DNA of 64,000 bases from Alphaproteobacteria bacterium (GTDB lineage: Bacteria; Pseudomonadota; Alphaproteobacteria; JAPOUT01; G958296285): positions 25,555 to 89,554 of the forward strand of contig CBDBFH010000028.1 of the NCBI GenBank assembly GCA_965204775.1, given 5' to 3'. Positions 1 to 10,609 of the stretch are shown here, piece after piece. The notes under the pieces were generated by a model. The model worked only from the letters and a program-made list of their open reading frames with translations. It made no database searches and was not told the DNA's origin. The position numbers and the translations under genes were made by a program. Within the stretch, counting starts at the first letter, position 1; the number at the start of each line of letters is the position of its first letter.

Positions 1-236
1 GCGCGGCGACGGCATGGGGCGGGCGGGTGAGCAGATCGTGCCCGTCAAAGACGATGCTGCCGTTGTGGGGATCATAAAAGCGGTTGATGAGATTGAAGAG
101 GGTGGATTTGCCCGCGCCGTTAGGCCCGATGATGGTGAAGATTTCATTGGGCTCGACCGAGAAGCTGACGCCGTCGAGGGCGCGGACGCCGCCGAAATGC
201 ATGGCGAGTTGGCGGATGTGGAGGGGGGCGCTCATT
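1..236 (-). CDS. livG: branched-chain amino acid ABC transporter ATP-binding protein (LivG-like), N-terminal part; gene continues beyond left window edge
   Basis: Reverse complement of 1-236 reads MSAPLHIRQLAMHFGGVRALDGVSFSVEPNEIFTIIGPNGAGKSTLFNLI... with Walker A GPNGAGKST; its ATG overlaps the stop of the upstream permease gene (operon order H-M-G). Confidence 0.8.
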
Positions 237-1473
237 GATTGCGCTCGCTGGCCATGATTCGGCGCTGGCGGCGGAAGGCGCCCTTGCGGTAGAGGGGGAA
301 GAGGTCGAACCAGGTTCGGATTTTGACCCATCGCCCGTGGACTCCGAGCGGCTCGAAGAGGATGAAGAGAATGATGATCAGGCCGAAGATTCCGGCTTCC
401 AGCCCGGACTGGACGGCGAGCGCGTCGGGCAGCCAGGCGTTGGCTTCGGCGGGGAGTTCGCGGATCATGACCAGAAAGACCGCCCCGAAGACCGCGCCAT
501 GCAGGGCGGCGATGCCGCCGACGATGATCATCATCAGCAATTGGATGGAGAGGATGATGGTGAAGGATTCCGGGGTGATGACGAAGAGGAGGTGGGCATA
601 GAGCGCGCCGGCCAGTCCGGCCATGCCCGCCGAGACGGCGAAGGCGGTGAGTTTGACCGCCCCGACATTGATTCCCATGCTTTGTGCGGCGATTTCGGAG
701 TCGCGCACGGCGGCGAAGGCGCGGCCTGTGGGGGAGCGCAAGAGGTTGAGCGCGGCGAGCAAAGTCAGCGCGAACAGGGCGAGGGTCAGATAATAGAAGG
801 CGCTTTCGCTCTCGAAGCGCCAGTTGAGCGCGCCGATCAGCGGCGGGGCTTCGACCTGGAGGCCGCGACTGCCGCCGGTCACGCTCTCCCAGCGGATGAG
901 GATTTCCTCAACGATGAAGGCGAAGGCGTAGGTGGCGAAGGCGAGGTAGATGCCGCGCATGCGCAAGGAAGGCAGTCCGATGATCAGGCCCATCGCCGCC
1001 GAGAAGAGGACGGCGGCGGGCAGCGAGACGAGAATCCCGAAGCCGACCCCGACAAGCAGGGCCTGGACGTAAGCGCCGCAGGCCATGAAGGCGGCATGGC
1101 CCAGCGAGATTTGCCCGGCGCGGCCTGAGAGCACAATCAGTCCGATTCCGGCGATGGCGAAGACCAGGATGAAAGTTATCTGGCTCAGGAGATAGGCGTC
1201 GGCCAGCAGGGGAGCGGCCATCAGGAGGAGGGCGAGGAGTCCGTACCAGAAGACGCCGCCGCCGCCCTCGCCGCGCCGGTCGCGGCGCAGGAGGAGGGCG
1301 GCAAGGCCCGCGGCATAGATTAACAGCAGGGTCTGTCCCCAGACCGGCGGCAGGGCTTCGTGCGCGGCCAGCAGAAGGGCGAACAGGCCCAGCCCGGCGA
1401 AGAAGCGGCGCTCGCCGCCATAGGGGAACAGACGCCAGTCCTGTTGGTAAGCGGTTTTGAGGAAGGGGCGCAT
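232..1473 (-). CDS. livM: branched-chain amino acid ABC transporter permease (LivM-like)
   Basis: 413-aa polytopic membrane protein; LivM-type permease sequence; stop overlaps start of downstream ATPase gene. Confidence 0.85.
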   Translation of the reverse strand: MRPFLKTAYQQDWRLFPYGGERRFFAGLGLFALLLAAHEALPPVWGQTLLLIYAAGLAALLLRRDRRGEGGGGVFWYGLLALLLMAAPLLADAYLLSQITFILVFAIAGIGLIVLSGRAGQISLGHAAFMACGAYVQALLVGVGFGILVSLPAAVLFSAAMGLIIGLPSLRMRGIYLAFATYAFAFIVEEILIRWESVTGGSRGLQVEAPPLIGALNWRFESESAFYYLTLALFALTLLAALNLLRSPTGRAFAAVRDSEIAAQSMGINVGAVKLTAFAVSAGMAGLAGALYAHLLFVITPESFTIILSIQLLMMIIVGGIAALHGAVFGAVFLVMIRELPAEANAWLPDALAVQSGLEAGIFGLIIILFILFEPLGVHGRWVKIRTWFDLFPLYRKGAFRRQRRIMASERNQ

Positions 1474-1479
1474 GCGCGT

Positions 1480-2484
1480 TCAGACTCTTTTGCGGATTCC
1501 GGAGTCGAACAGGCCCTCCGGACGCACGACCAAAACGATCAGGAGGAGGATATAGGGTGTGACGTCCTTGAAGCCCTCGGGCAGATAGAAGCCGGCCAGT
1601 TCCTCGGCGATTCCGATGATCAGGCCGCCGGCGACGGCGCCCGGCAGCGAGGTGAAGCCGCCCAGCACGGCGGCGGGGAAGGCCTTGAAGATGACCAGCC
1701 CCATCTGCGAATGAACCAGGGTGAAGGGGGCGAGGAGCAGTCCGGCGACGGCGGCGACGGCGGCGGAGAGTGACCAGATCAGGGTGAAGAGGGTTTTGAC
1801 GGGGATTCCCATATACCAGGCGGCGAGCTGGTTTTCGCTGACGGCCTGCATGGCGATTCCGATCGGGGTTCTGGAGAAGAAGAGATAGAGGAGGGCGCAG
1901 AGCAGGAGGGTGGTGAGGATGACGGCGACGTGGTCCTGGCTGAGGACGGCGAGGCCCAGGTCGAGGGTTTGGGCGTCGAACGGGGTTGGGATGCGATAGG
2001 TGTCGGTTCCCCATCCTGGGATGAGGCCGACGGCGGCGCGGATGACGAAGCCCAGTCCGATGGTGGCCATGATGATGGAGAAGGCGGCTTCGCCGATGAG
2101 CGGGCGCAGGATTATGCGCTCGGTGGCGGCGCCGAGCAGGGCGGCGGCGGCGCAGGCGAGCAGCGCGCCCAGCCACCAGGGCAGGCCCAGAATGACGATC
2201 GCGGTGAAGGCGAGGAACGCGCCCAGCATGAGCAGGTCGCCCTGGGCGAAGTTGATGGTTTCGGTTCCCTTGTAGATCAGGACGATTCCCAGCGCGACGA
2301 GGGCATAGACGCATCCGGTGGCGGTTCCGGTGACGATCTGCTGGACGTAGAGGGAGAGGGCGTCGAGGCTGGAGAGTCCGGCCAGGGCGGCGGCGAAAGG
2401 GGCGAGGAAGGCGATCAGCGCGCCTGCGGTCAGCCCGCGCCAGAGCCAGGTGAAGAATTGTTCGCCGCGCTGCGCGTGGGCCAT
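1480..2484 (-). CDS. livH: branched-chain amino acid ABC transporter permease (LivH-like)
   Basis: 334-aa membrane protein with LivH-like motifs (TINFAQGDLLMLGAF...); 6-nt gap to livM. Confidence 0.85.
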   Translation of the reverse strand: MAHAQRGEQFFTWLWRGLTAGALIAFLAPFAAALAGLSSLDALSLYVQQIVTGTATGCVYALVALGIVLIYKGTETINFAQGDLLMLGAFLAFTAIVILGLPWWLGALLACAAAALLGAATERIILRPLIGEAAFSIIMATIGLGFVIRAAVGLIPGWGTDTYRIPTPFDAQTLDLGLAVLSQDHVAVILTTLLLCALLYLFFSRTPIGIAMQAVSENQLAAWYMGIPVKTLFTLIWSLSAAVAAVAGLLLAPFTLVHSQMGLVIFKAFPAAVLGGFTSLPGAVAGGLIIGIAEELAGFYLPEGFKDVTPYILLLIVLVVRPEGLFDSGIRKRV

Positions 2485-2561
2485 GACCGGCGTCCCCCCT
2501 TTTTTCTCCCCCGAGCGGGCGGGAGGATAGCGCGAATGGCGGGGGAAAGGAATGGAGCTGT

Positions 2562-3512
2562 TTGGCTTTGCGCGGGGGCGGGGCGGGGCGTATGATGGGG
2601 GCCATTATGGCGGCGGCGATTCCCTTTGTGCTTGGCATGGAGCCGGCCTACGGGCGAGCGGTTGAGGTTTCGCCTCTGTTGCGGCGGATCACGGCCCGCA
2701 ATCCTTCGCCTTTCACCTATCTGGGGACCAACACCTATCTTGTCGGTCGCGGCGAGGTGGCGGTGATTGATCCCGGCCCTCTGCTGGACGATCACGTCGC
2801 GGCGATTTTGCAGGCGACGTCGGGCGAGCGGATCACACATATTGCGGTCACCCACACGCATCTGGATCACTCGCCGGCCTGCGCGCCTTTGCGGGAGGCG
2901 TCGGGCGCGCCGGCCTATGGCTTTGGGCCGCATGGCAGCGGCAAGGCGCTGGAAGGGATTGCGGTCGAGGAGGGGGGCGACATGGCCTTCCGGCCCGACC
3001 GCAAACTGACTCACGGCGACCGGATATCAGGGCCGGGCTGGACGCTGGAAGCGGTTTATACGCCCGGGCATACGTCGAATCATCTGTGTTTTGGTCTGGC
3101 CGAGGAGCGGGCGCTGTTGACCGGCGATCACGTGATGGGCTGGTCGACGAGCGTGATCGCCCCGCCCGACGGCGATATGGGGTCTTATATGCGTTCGCTG
3201 GAGCTTCTTTTGGAGCGGGGGGACGAGATTTACTGGCCGGCCCACGGCGAGGCGGTGCGGGAGACGAGGCCGTTCATCGAAGCGTTTATTGCGCATCGCC
3301 GGGGGCGGGAGACGGCGATTCTTGCGGCGGTCGGGGCCGGGCGGGAGAAGATTCCGGAGATGGTGGCGTTGATCTACAAGGACGTGGACAAGCGCCTGCA
3401 TCAGGCGGCGGGCCTTTCGGTTCTGGCGCATATTGAGCAGCTGCACGCGGAGGGGCGGCTCGCCTGCGCGGGCGCGCCGAGTTTGCGCGGGGTTTACCGC
3501 CTGCCCGGCTGA
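2562..3512 (+). CDS. MBL-fold metallo-hydrolase
   Basis: HTHLDHS (HxHxDH) metallo-beta-lactamase motif (ITHIAVTHTHLDHSPA); start may be an internal Met (for example MEPAYGRAV...). Confidence 0.75.
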   Translation: MALRGGGAGRMMGAIMAAAIPFVLGMEPAYGRAVEVSPLLRRITARNPSPFTYLGTNTYLVGRGEVAVIDPGPLLDDHVAAILQATSGERITHIAVTHTHLDHSPACAPLREASGAPAYGFGPHGSGKALEGIAVEEGGDMAFRPDRKLTHGDRISGPGWTLEAVYTPGHTSNHLCFGLAEERALLTGDHVMGWSTSVIAPPDGDMGSYMRSLELLLERGDEIYWPAHGEAVRETRPFIEAFIAHRRGRETAILAAVGAGREKIPEMVALIYKDVDKRLHQAAGLSVLAHIEQLHAEGRLACAGAPSLRGVYRLPG

Positions 3513-4288
3513 TCGGCGATTTGCGCCTGAATGGCGTGGAGGAGGCGGCGAATGCGGGCGGCGTTTGCGCCCAGATCGGAGCGCCCGAGTCTGGAGACCG
3601 AGCGCAGATCGACCAGAGCGCCATCTCCGTCTTCCCGGATGCGAATGACAATATCGTCGCGGAATCCCATCAAGGGGGTGATGGCGGTGCCCTCGATGGT
3701 TCCGCGGGCGGGGTCGGCGGCGGCGATCCGGATGCCCTCGGCGGCGGCGGCCTCGCGGGCGGCCTCAAAGACGCGGCCCGGATGGTCGTCGAGGCGCAAG
3801 GTTTCGATATCAGGGTAATGGGCGCGCTGCAGTTCGGCCAGATTTTCCGGCGTCTTCCGGTCGAGCGGATTGGCGAAATCGAGGCGCAGGGCGCGGACGG
3901 CCTGGAAAGACGGCGGATCGGCAAGATCGGTCGAGATGTCGTGGATGGGCAGGCCCCCATTGGCATCGGCGGCCAGATTTGTGCCGACGAACAGGAACGT
4001 GCCGAACAGCAAAACCAGCGAGAGGATCATGCCCGCCCAGACGCGGACGCGGCGTTTGAACAGCGCGACGATTCCGGCGATCACCCCGGCGAGGGCGGCG
4101 GCGAGGGCCAGAACGAACAGGAGGAGGAAAACCTCGGCGCCGCCAATTTCGAGGCGCACCCAAAGCAGGCTGGCCAGCCAGGACAGGGCGGCGGCGATTC
4201 CAAGCCGCCGCGGCCAGCGCGCCGGCGTGTATGGCGGCAGCGACACCGGTTCATCAAGCGATTGCGGCGGGGGCGGGGGAGTCGTCAT
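3494..4288 (-). CDS. DUF1499 domain-containing membrane-anchored protein
   Basis: N-terminal TM segment then C-terminal region resembling DUF1499 (FRDDIVIRIREDGDGALVDLRSVSRLGRSDLGANAARIRRLL). Confidence 0.55.
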   Translation of the reverse strand: MTTPPPPPQSLDEPVSLPPYTPARWPRRLGIAAALSWLASLLWVRLEIGGAEVFLLLFVLALAAALAGVIAGIVALFKRRVRVWAGMILSLVLLFGTFLFVGTNLAADANGGLPIHDISTDLADPPSFQAVRALRLDFANPLDRKTPENLAELQRAHYPDIETLRLDDHPGRVFEAAREAAAAEGIRIAAADPARGTIEGTAITPLMGFRDDIVIRIREDGDGALVDLRSVSRLGRSDLGANAARIRRLLHAIQAQIADQPGRR

Positions 4289-5916
4289 TGGGCTGCGGGC
4301 AGTTGGTGATCCTTGAAGCGCTCACGCAATGTGATCTTCTGGATTTTGCCGGTGGCGGTGTGGGGGATTTCGTCGACGAAGATGATATCGTCGGGCATCC
4401 ACCATTTGGCGATTTTGCCCTCCATGAATTTGCGCACATCGCCGGCTTCGACCTGGGCTTTCTCTTTGCGGACGAGGATCAGGAGAGGGCGCTCGTCCCA
4501 TTTTGGGTGCGGCAGGCCGATCACCGCCGCTTCGGCGACGCCGGGGTGGCCGACGGCGAGGTTCTCCAGTTCGATTGAGGAAATCCACTCCCCGCCCGAT
4601 TTGATGACGTCCTTGGAGCGGTCGGTGATTTGCATATAGCCTTGGGGGTCGAGGGTTGCGACGTCGCCGGTGTCGAACCAGCCTTCGGCATTGAGAATAT
4701 CGCCCCCCTCCCCTTTGAGATAAGCGGCGGCGACCGCCGGTCCTTTGACCATGAGATGGCCGAAGGTTTTGCCGTCGCGGGGCAGGGTTTTGCCGTCATC
4801 GCCGGTGATTTTCATCTCAACGCCGTAGGGGGCGCGTCCCTGCTTGATTTTGACGTCCATTTTCTGCGCAAAGGCCATGTTCTCCATGCCCGGGACCGGC
4901 GCGCCGATGGTTCCCAGCGGGCTCATTTCGGTCATGCCCCAGAGATGGGAGACGGCGACGCCGTAGTCGCGCTCGAATTTTTCGAGCATCATGCGCGGCA
5001 CCGCCGAGCCGCCGATGGTCACCTTTTGCAGATGTGGGAGTTTCTTGTTCTCCTTTTCGAGATATTGCAGGAGCATGAGCCAGACGGTCGGGACGGCGGC
5101 GGTGATCGAGACCTCTTCGGCCTCGAGCAGCTGGTAGATGCTCTCGCCGTCCATTTTCGGCCCGGGCATGACCAGTTTTGCGCCGGCCGCCGGGGCCGAG
5201 AAGGTCAGGCCCCAGGCATTGGCGTGGAAGAGCGGCACCACCGGCATGACCGTGTCGACGGCGCGCAGGCCCATCGCGTCGGCGGAATTGCTGATGAAGG
5301 TGTGCAGAACATTGGAGCGGTGCGAATAGACCACGCCCTTGGGATTGCCGGTCGTGCCGGAGGTGTAGCACATGCCGGCGGCGTCGTTTTCGTCCACTTT
5401 GGCCCATTTGAAATCGCCGTCTTCGGCGGCGATCAGTTCTTCATAGGAGAGGGCGTTTTTGAGTTTGGTTTCGGGCATGTTCGCCTTTCCGGCGAGGAGG
5501 ATATAGCCCTTGAGGGCGGGGAGTTTGGGGGCGATGGCTTCGAGGACGGGGACGAAGCTGGTGTCGAGCAGGAGCCAGGAATCCCCGGCGTGATTGATGA
5601 TATAGACCAGCTGATCGGCGAACAGGCGGGGATTGAGGGTGTGATAGACTGCGCCGGCGCCCAGGATTCCGTACCAGCTTTCGAAATGCCGCCAGTTGTT
5701 CCAGGCCATGGTGGCGACGACGTCGCCAGGCCGGACGCCCAGTCTGCGGAGGGCCTGTGCGCATTTGCGGGCGCGCAGGTGGGTTTCGGCATAGGTGGTC
5801 CGGTGGATCGGCCCCTCGACGCTGCGCGAGACGATTTCGCGGCTGCCATGTTCCTTTTTGGCGTAGTCGAGAATGGTGGTTTCGAGCAGCGGCCAGTCCT
5901 GCATCAATCCGCGCAT
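4285..5916 (-). CDS. long-chain fatty-acid--CoA ligase (AMP-binding, FadD-like)
   Basis: 543 aa; AMP-binding motif [17 protein letters not shown]-terminus MQDWPLL typical of this ligase family. Confidence 0.85.
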   Translation of the reverse strand: MRGLMQDWPLLETTILDYAKKEHGSREIVSRSVEGPIHRTTYAETHLRARKCAQALRRLGVRPGDVVATMAWNNWRHFESWYGILGAGAVYHTLNPRLFADQLVYIINHAGDSWLLLDTSFVPVLEAIAPKLPALKGYILLAGKANMPETKLKNALSYEELIAAEDGDFKWAKVDENDAAGMCYTSGTTGNPKGVVYSHRSNVLHTFISNSADAMGLRAVDTVMPVVPLFHANAWGLTFSAPAAGAKLVMPGPKMDGESIYQLLEAEEVSITAAVPTVWLMLLQYLEKENKKLPHLQKVTIGGSAVPRMMLEKFERDYGVAVSHLWGMTEMSPLGTIGAPVPGMENMAFAQKMDVKIKQGRAPYGVEMKITGDDGKTLPRDGKTFGHLMVKGPAVAAAYLKGEGGDILNAEGWFDTGDVATLDPQGYMQITDRSKDVIKSGGEWISSIELENLAVGHPGVAEAAVIGLPHPKWDERPLLILVRKEKAQVEAGDVRKFMEGKIAKWWMPDDIIFVDEIPHTATGKIQKITLRERFKDHQLPAAQ

Positions 5917-5975
5917 GTGGGTCTCCCTTTTTGGGGGGATTTTACGCGGGGAGACGCGGGGGGCGCAAGCCGGTC

Positions 5976-6893
5976 TCAGCTGCGCTCGAAGCGGGTCGGC
6001 TTTTCGAGGCCCTCCGGGTCCTGATGGATGAGGATGTCGGCCCCCGGCATGGCGGCGCGGAGTGCGGCTTCGACAGCGTCGGAGACGTCATGGGCGCGCA
6101 GGAGGCTCATGGCGGGGTCGAGTTCGATATGGAACTGGATCACCGGGTGGCGTCCGGAGAGGCGGGTGCGCAGATCGTGGACGCCGCGCACGTCGGGGTG
6201 CCGGAGGGCGATGGCCTTGACGCGGCTGCGCTCGGCGTCGGGCAGTTCGTGATCCATGAGTTGTCCGAAGGAGCGGGAGACGATGTTCCAGGCCTCGAAG
6301 CCGATATAGAGGGCGATGAGGGCGGCGCAGATGGCGTCGAGGCGTGGCAGGGCGAGGAGTCCGGCCCCGGCGACGCCGATCAGGGCGGCGAAGTGGAGGA
6401 GGAAATCGGCGCGGTAATGGAGGGAGTCGCTTTCGATGGCGAGCGAGCGGGTGCGGCGGACGACGAAGCGCTGATAGGAGACGAGGGCGAGGGTGATGAT
6501 CATGCAGGCGGCGAGGGCGGCGGCGCCCCAGAGGCTGTTGGCGATGGGAACGGGCTCGAAGGAGAGGCGGGCGGCGCCCCAGAGGAGGAAGAGGGCGACG
6601 GCGCACATCAATCCGCCCTGGAAGAGTGCGGCGATGGCCTCGGCCTTGCCGTGTCCGAAGCGGTGTTCGTGGTCGGCGGGGGCGAGGGCGTAGCGGATGG
6701 CGGCGAAGATGAGGAGGGCGGCGGCGGCGTCGAGGATGGAATCGGCGAGCGCGCCGAGGATGGCGAGCGAGCCGGTGGCGAGCCATGCCGCGCCCTTGAT
6801 GGCGATCATCAGGAGGGCGGCGAGGACGGAGGCCCAGCTGGCGCTGCGCACGAGGCGGTCGGAGGCGGTGCTGCTGATGGCGGGGGCGGACAT
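5976..6893 (-). CDS. cation diffusion facilitator (CDF) family transporter
   Basis: CDF-like TM region with HEHRFGHGKAEA motif and C-terminal cytoplasmic domain. The longest ORF (to 7460) has a Pro-rich N-terminal extension that overlaps pdxH and was rejected; start placed at MSAPAISS... Confidence 0.75.
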   Translation of the reverse strand: MSAPAISSTASDRLVRSASWASVLAALLMIAIKGAAWLATGSLAILGALADSILDAAAALLIFAAIRYALAPADHEHRFGHGKAEAIAALFQGGLMCAVALFLLWGAARLSFEPVPIANSLWGAAALAACMIITLALVSYQRFVVRRTRSLAIESDSLHYRADFLLHFAALIGVAGAGLLALPRLDAICAALIALYIGFEAWNIVSRSFGQLMDHELPDAERSRVKAIALRHPDVRGVHDLRTRLSGRHPVIQFHIELDPAMSLLRAHDVSDAVEAALRAAMPGADILIHQDPEGLEKPTRFERS

Positions 6894-6900
6894 CGGAGGG

Positions 6901-7524
6901 TCAAGGGAAGAGGCGCAGGATTTGGACGGATCCGGCGCGGGCGGGGAGGCGGAACAGGATTCGGTGATGGAGGCGGGCGGGGGCGGACTGCCAGAATTCG
7001 ATTTCGCGGGGGATAAGGCGAAAGCCGCCCCAATAAGGCGGGCGGGGGATGGGCTGGGCGCGGAATTTTTTTTCGATTGCGGCGGCGGCCCTTTGCAGGG
7101 CGGCGGGGGAGGCGAGCGGGCGCGATTGCTGCGAGGCCCAGGCGCCGATCTGGTTGGCGCGCGAGCGGGAGGCAAAATAGGCGTCGGCCTGAGCTTGGGT
7201 GCATGGGCGGATTTTGCCGCGCACCCGGACCTGGCGGCGAGCGCTTTTCCAGTGGAAACACAGGGCGGCGGCGGGGTGGGCGTGTAATTCCCGCCCCTTG
7301 ACGCTTTCCAGATTGGTGAAAAAGACGAAGCCCTCCGGCCCGGCCTGCCGGACCAGAACCATGCGCAGATTGGGGAGTCCGCGGTTTCCCGTGGTGGCGA
7401 GGGCGGCGGCGTCGGGGTCATGGGGTTCGGCGGCGCGGGCCTGAGCCATCCAGCGCGCAAAGAGGGCGAAGGGGTCGCGCGCGCGGGCGAAGGGGTCGGA
7501 CTGTGCGGGGCGGGCGGAAGGCAT
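6901..7524 (-). CDS. pdxH: pyridoxamine 5'-phosphate oxidase
   Basis: 207 aa; conserved PdxH blocks (FVFFTNLESVKGREL, AALCFHW, RQVRVRG, C-terminal WGGFRL...EFWQ). Confidence 0.85.
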   Translation of the reverse strand: MPSARPAQSDPFARARDPFALFARWMAQARAAEPHDPDAAALATTGNRGLPNLRMVLVRQAGPEGFVFFTNLESVKGRELHAHPAAALCFHWKSARRQVRVRGKIRPCTQAQADAYFASRSRANQIGAWASQQSRPLASPAALQRAAAAIEKKFRAQPIPRPPYWGGFRLIPREIEFWQSAPARLHHRILFRLPARAGSVQILRLFP

Positions 7525-7623
7525 AGGTCGAAGCTTTTTTTGTCATGCCGGGCGTTGTGCCGGGGCCACGCGGGGGATCAGAGGCTATAATAGCCGGGAG
7601 GCCGGCATGGAGTCACGCCTGCG

Positions 7624-8724
7624 ATGTCGCATAACAGTTTTGGCCATTTGTTTCGGGTGACGACCTGGGGCGAGTCGCACGGGGCGGCGCTGGGCTGCGT
7701 GGTGGACGGCGCGCCGCCCGGCCTTGGCCTGTCGGAGGCGGATATTCAGCCGTGGCTGGACCGGCGGCGTCCGGGGGGTTCGCGCTTTACCAGTCAGCGC
7801 CGGGAGCCGGACCGGGTTGAGATTCTTTCCGGTCTTTATGAGGGGCGCACGACCGGCGCGCCGATTCACCTGATGATCGCCAATCTTGACGCCCGCCCGA
7901 AAGATTACGAGGCGATTGCCCAATCCTACCGGCCCGGCCATGCCGATTACGCCTATGAGGCGAAATACGGCCTGCGCGACCCGCGCGGGGGCGGGCGGGC
8001 TTCGGCGCGGGAGACGGCGGCGCGGGTGGCGGCGGGGGCGATTGCGCGCAAGATCATTTCCGGAGTTGAGATCACCGGGGCGCTGGTGCAATTGGGGCCG
8101 CACCGGATTGAGCGCGGCAGGTGGCGCGACGGCGAGATCGGCAAGAATCCCTTCTGGTGTCCGGACGCGCAGGCGGCCAAAGCATGGGCGGCCTATCTGG
8201 ACGGCTTGCGCAAAGCAGGCTCGTCATGCGGGGCGGTGATTGAGCTGCGGGCGCGGTCGGTTCCGGCGGGTCTGGGGGCGCCGCTCTACGGCAAGCTCGA
8301 CGCCGATCTGGCCGCCGCCCTGATGAGCATCAATGCGGTCAAGGGGGTTGAGATCGGCGACGGCTTTGCCGCCGCCGCGCAGGACGGCGCGCAGAGCAGC
8401 GACGCGATGCGCATGAAAGCGGGCAAGCCGGTTTTTGCGAGCAATCATGCCGGGGGGGTTCTGGGCGGGATTTCGACCGGGCAGGCGATTGTCGCCCGCT
8501 TTGCGGTCAAGCCGACATCTTCGATTCGCCTGCCCAAAAAGACGATCACGCGCTCCGGCGGGGAGACGGAGATTTCGACGGCGGGGCGGCATGATCCCTG
8601 CGTGGGGATTCGGGCGGTTCCGGTGGGGGAGGCGATGCTGGCCTGCGTTCTGGCCGATCATATGCTTCGCCACCGGGGGCAGACCGGTCAGTCGAGCGGC
8701 GCGCCGGCGATGGTCGCCCGGTAG
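7624..8724 (+). CDS. aroC: chorismate synthase
   Basis: 366 aa; N-terminus [20 protein letters not shown] and [16 protein letters not shown] blocks diagnostic of AroC. Confidence 0.9.
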   Translation: MSHNSFGHLFRVTTWGESHGAALGCVVDGAPPGLGLSEADIQPWLDRRRPGGSRFTSQRREPDRVEILSGLYEGRTTGAPIHLMIANLDARPKDYEAIAQSYRPGHADYAYEAKYGLRDPRGGGRASARETAARVAAGAIARKIISGVEITGALVQLGPHRIERGRWRDGEIGKNPFWCPDAQAAKAWAAYLDGLRKAGSSCGAVIELRARSVPAGLGAPLYGKLDADLAAALMSINAVKGVEIGDGFAAAAQDGAQSSDAMRMKAGKPVFASNHAGGVLGGISTGQAIVARFAVKPTSSIRLPKKTITRSGGETEISTAGRHDPCVGIRAVPVGEAMLACVLADHMLRHRGQTGQSSGAPAMVAR

Positions 8725-9530
8725 AGGAGGCGCTCATGATCGGGGCAGTCGTCGAGCGCGGCATGCTGGACGACCCGGTTGTCCCAGAAGGCGACCGACC
8801 CCTCGCGCCAGCGAAAGCGGCAGCAGAATTCTTCGCGCACCGCATGGGCGAAGAGGAATTCGAGCAGGGGGCGGCTTTCTTCCTCCGTCATATCCTTGAA
8901 GCGGCGGGTGAACATGGGATTGAGGTAGAGCGCCTTGCGTCCGGTTTCGGGGTGGCGGATGACGGCGCGGTGTTCGATTTGAGCGTCGAGAGCCGGGGAG
9001 CGGCGATAGGTCATCGGGCCGCCGGGCCTGTATTTTTCGAGGGCGGTGGGTGAGGTATAGGCCGCGCGGGCGGCGTGGACCGCGCTGAGGCCGCCGAGGA
9101 GGGTTTTCATGCCGTTTGAGAGGCCGTCATAGGCGGCCTGCTGGTTGGCGAAGAGCGTGTCGCCGCCGACCGGGGGCACGCGGGCGGCATAGAGGACGGT
9201 GCCGAGGCTGGGGGCCTGGAAGAAGGAGTTGTCGCTGTGCCAGCCGAGGCCGAAACTGGCCCGCGCCCCGGCGGGTTTGTGGACTTTGATGATTTCGGGC
9301 GCGCCGGGGAGTCCCTCGACGATGGGATGGATTTCGAGTTTGCCGAAATTGCGGGCGAAGGCGATCTGGCGCTCATGGGTGAGGGTCTGATCGCGGAAGA
9401 AGACGGCGCCATAGCGGTTCAGCGCCTGTTTGATCTCCCGGCGCGCGTTTTCGGCCAGAGGCTGAGCAAGATCAAGGCCGGAGATTTCGATTCCGGCGGC
9501 GGCGGTTAAAGGCTCCCGGCGCAGGGTCAT
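8688..9530 (-). CDS. TauD/TfdA family Fe(II)/2-oxoglutarate-dependent dioxygenase
   Basis: 280 aa; HSDNSF (His-x-Asp) iron motif and C-terminal [11 protein letters not shown] region typical of taurine dioxygenase family. Confidence 0.8.
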   Translation of the reverse strand: MTLRREPLTAAAGIEISGLDLAQPLAENARREIKQALNRYGAVFFRDQTLTHERQIAFARNFGKLEIHPIVEGLPGAPEIIKVHKPAGARASFGLGWHSDNSFFQAPSLGTVLYAARVPPVGGDTLFANQQAAYDGLSNGMKTLLGGLSAVHAARAAYTSPTALEKYRPGGPMTYRRSPALDAQIEHRAVIRHPETGRKALYLNPMFTRRFKDMTEEESRPLLEFLFAHAVREEFCCRFRWREGSVAFWDNRVVQHAALDDCPDHERLLYRATIAGAPLD

Positions 9531-10609
9531 GGGGCGCGGGCCGGGGCTTTGACGAAGCCGGAGATTTTGGAGAGGAGCGCGGTTTCGGCGGTGATGAAGT
9601 TGAGTCCCGCCGCGCGCATCATGGCCGGGAAGTCTTCGCGCAGATAGGTTGCGAAATACGGCTCATGGACGCCCTGGGGGAAGATTTCGAGCAGGGCGTC
9701 GAGGTTTGGGGCGTCGCCGGTCTGGATGGAATCGACGCACAGGAAGAGGCCGCCGGGCTTGAGGACGCGGGCGATTTCCTGCGCGCTCGCGCGCCGGACC
9801 GGCGGGGGCAATTCGTGGAAGAGATAGACGGCGCAGACGGCGTCGAAACTTTGCGGGGCGAAGGGGAGGCGCTCGGCGAGGCCCTGTGCGAAGCGGGCGG
9901 CGCGGTTTCGGCGCCGCGCGCGGCGCAGATAGGGATGGGAGAGGTCGAGGCCGGTGATGGACAGGCGCGGATGGGCGCGGCGCAGATCGGCGAGGAGCGG
10001 GGCGGTGCCGCAGGCCAGATCGAGCAGGCGGGCATCGGCGGGCCTGCGGGCGAGGAAGTCGGCGAGCATGGGCAGGGCCTGGCGGCGCATCGGGGCGGCG
10101 CAGCCGGCGAACAGGATTTCGACCTGGGTGTCATAGAGCGCCGCCGAATATTCGGAGAAATAGCCGTCGGTCTGGTAGTGGAAGTTGCGCAGGTAATAGG
10201 GCGGGTAGATTCGGCGGCGTTCGGGGGTTTCGGCCTGGCGGCAGTCGCGGGCGAGGCGGCGGCGGTCGAAGCGGCGCAGATCGGCGAAGAAGCGGATGGA
10301 GTTGGCCAGCCCCCGGAAGGGATTGCCCCGCAGCGGGGCGGGGGGGCAGCGTCCGGCGGCGACCCGGCGGCGGTCGCGCTCCAGCAATTCGGCGACGGCG
10401 GCGAGGATTCGTTTGCGGCCTGGGGGCCGGGCCTTGAGGCGCAGCGGCTGTCCGCCGGGGCGCAGCGGCCCGCGCAGTTTGTTGGCGAGCAGATGGTGGG
10501 CGGCATACCAGCCCAGCCGCAGCAGCTGGATTGCGCCATGCAGGCGGGCGCGCAAGGGGCGGCGTTCAGGCGCTTTGAGAGATTTTGTATCCGGCAGAGT
10601 CGAGAGCAT
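9527..10609 (-). CDS. class I SAM-dependent methyltransferase
   Basis: Methyltransferase motif [13 protein letters not shown] and post-I motif; longest ORF (to 10834) has an out-of-character P/S/T-rich extension overlapping dxs, so start set at MLSTLPDTK (start uncertain). Confidence 0.65.
   Translation of the reverse strand: MLSTLPDTKSLKAPERRPLRARLHGAIQLLRLGWYAAHHLLANKLRGPLRPGGQPLRLKARPPGRKRILAAVAELLERDRRRVAAGRCPPAPLRGNPFRGLANSIRFFADLRRFDRRRLARDCRQAETPERRRIYPPYYLRNFHYQTDGYFSEYSAALYDTQVEILFAGCAAPMRRQALPMLADFLARRPADARLLDLACGTAPLLADLRRAHPRLSITGLDLSHPYLRRARRRNRAARFAQGLAERLPFAPQSFDAVCAVYLFHELPPPVRRASAQEIARVLKPGGLFLCVDSIQTGDAPNLDALLEIFPQGVHEPYFATYLREDFPAMMRAAGLNFITAETALLSKISGFVKAPARAP

Noticed and set aside
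235..2638. Long ORFs on the opposite strand of livM/livH (235-1128 +, 908-2638 -, 1360-1773 +, 1930-2595 +)
   Set aside because: Their composition is Gly/Ala/Glu/Arg/Pro-rich, typical of shadow ORFs in high-GC DNA. They overlap confidently assigned liv permease genes.
6894..7460. N-terminal extension of the CDF transporter ORF (longest ORF 5976-7460)
   Set aside because: The extension is Pro/Ser-rich and overlaps a clear pdxH gene in another frame. The conserved CDF sequence begins at MSAPAISS.
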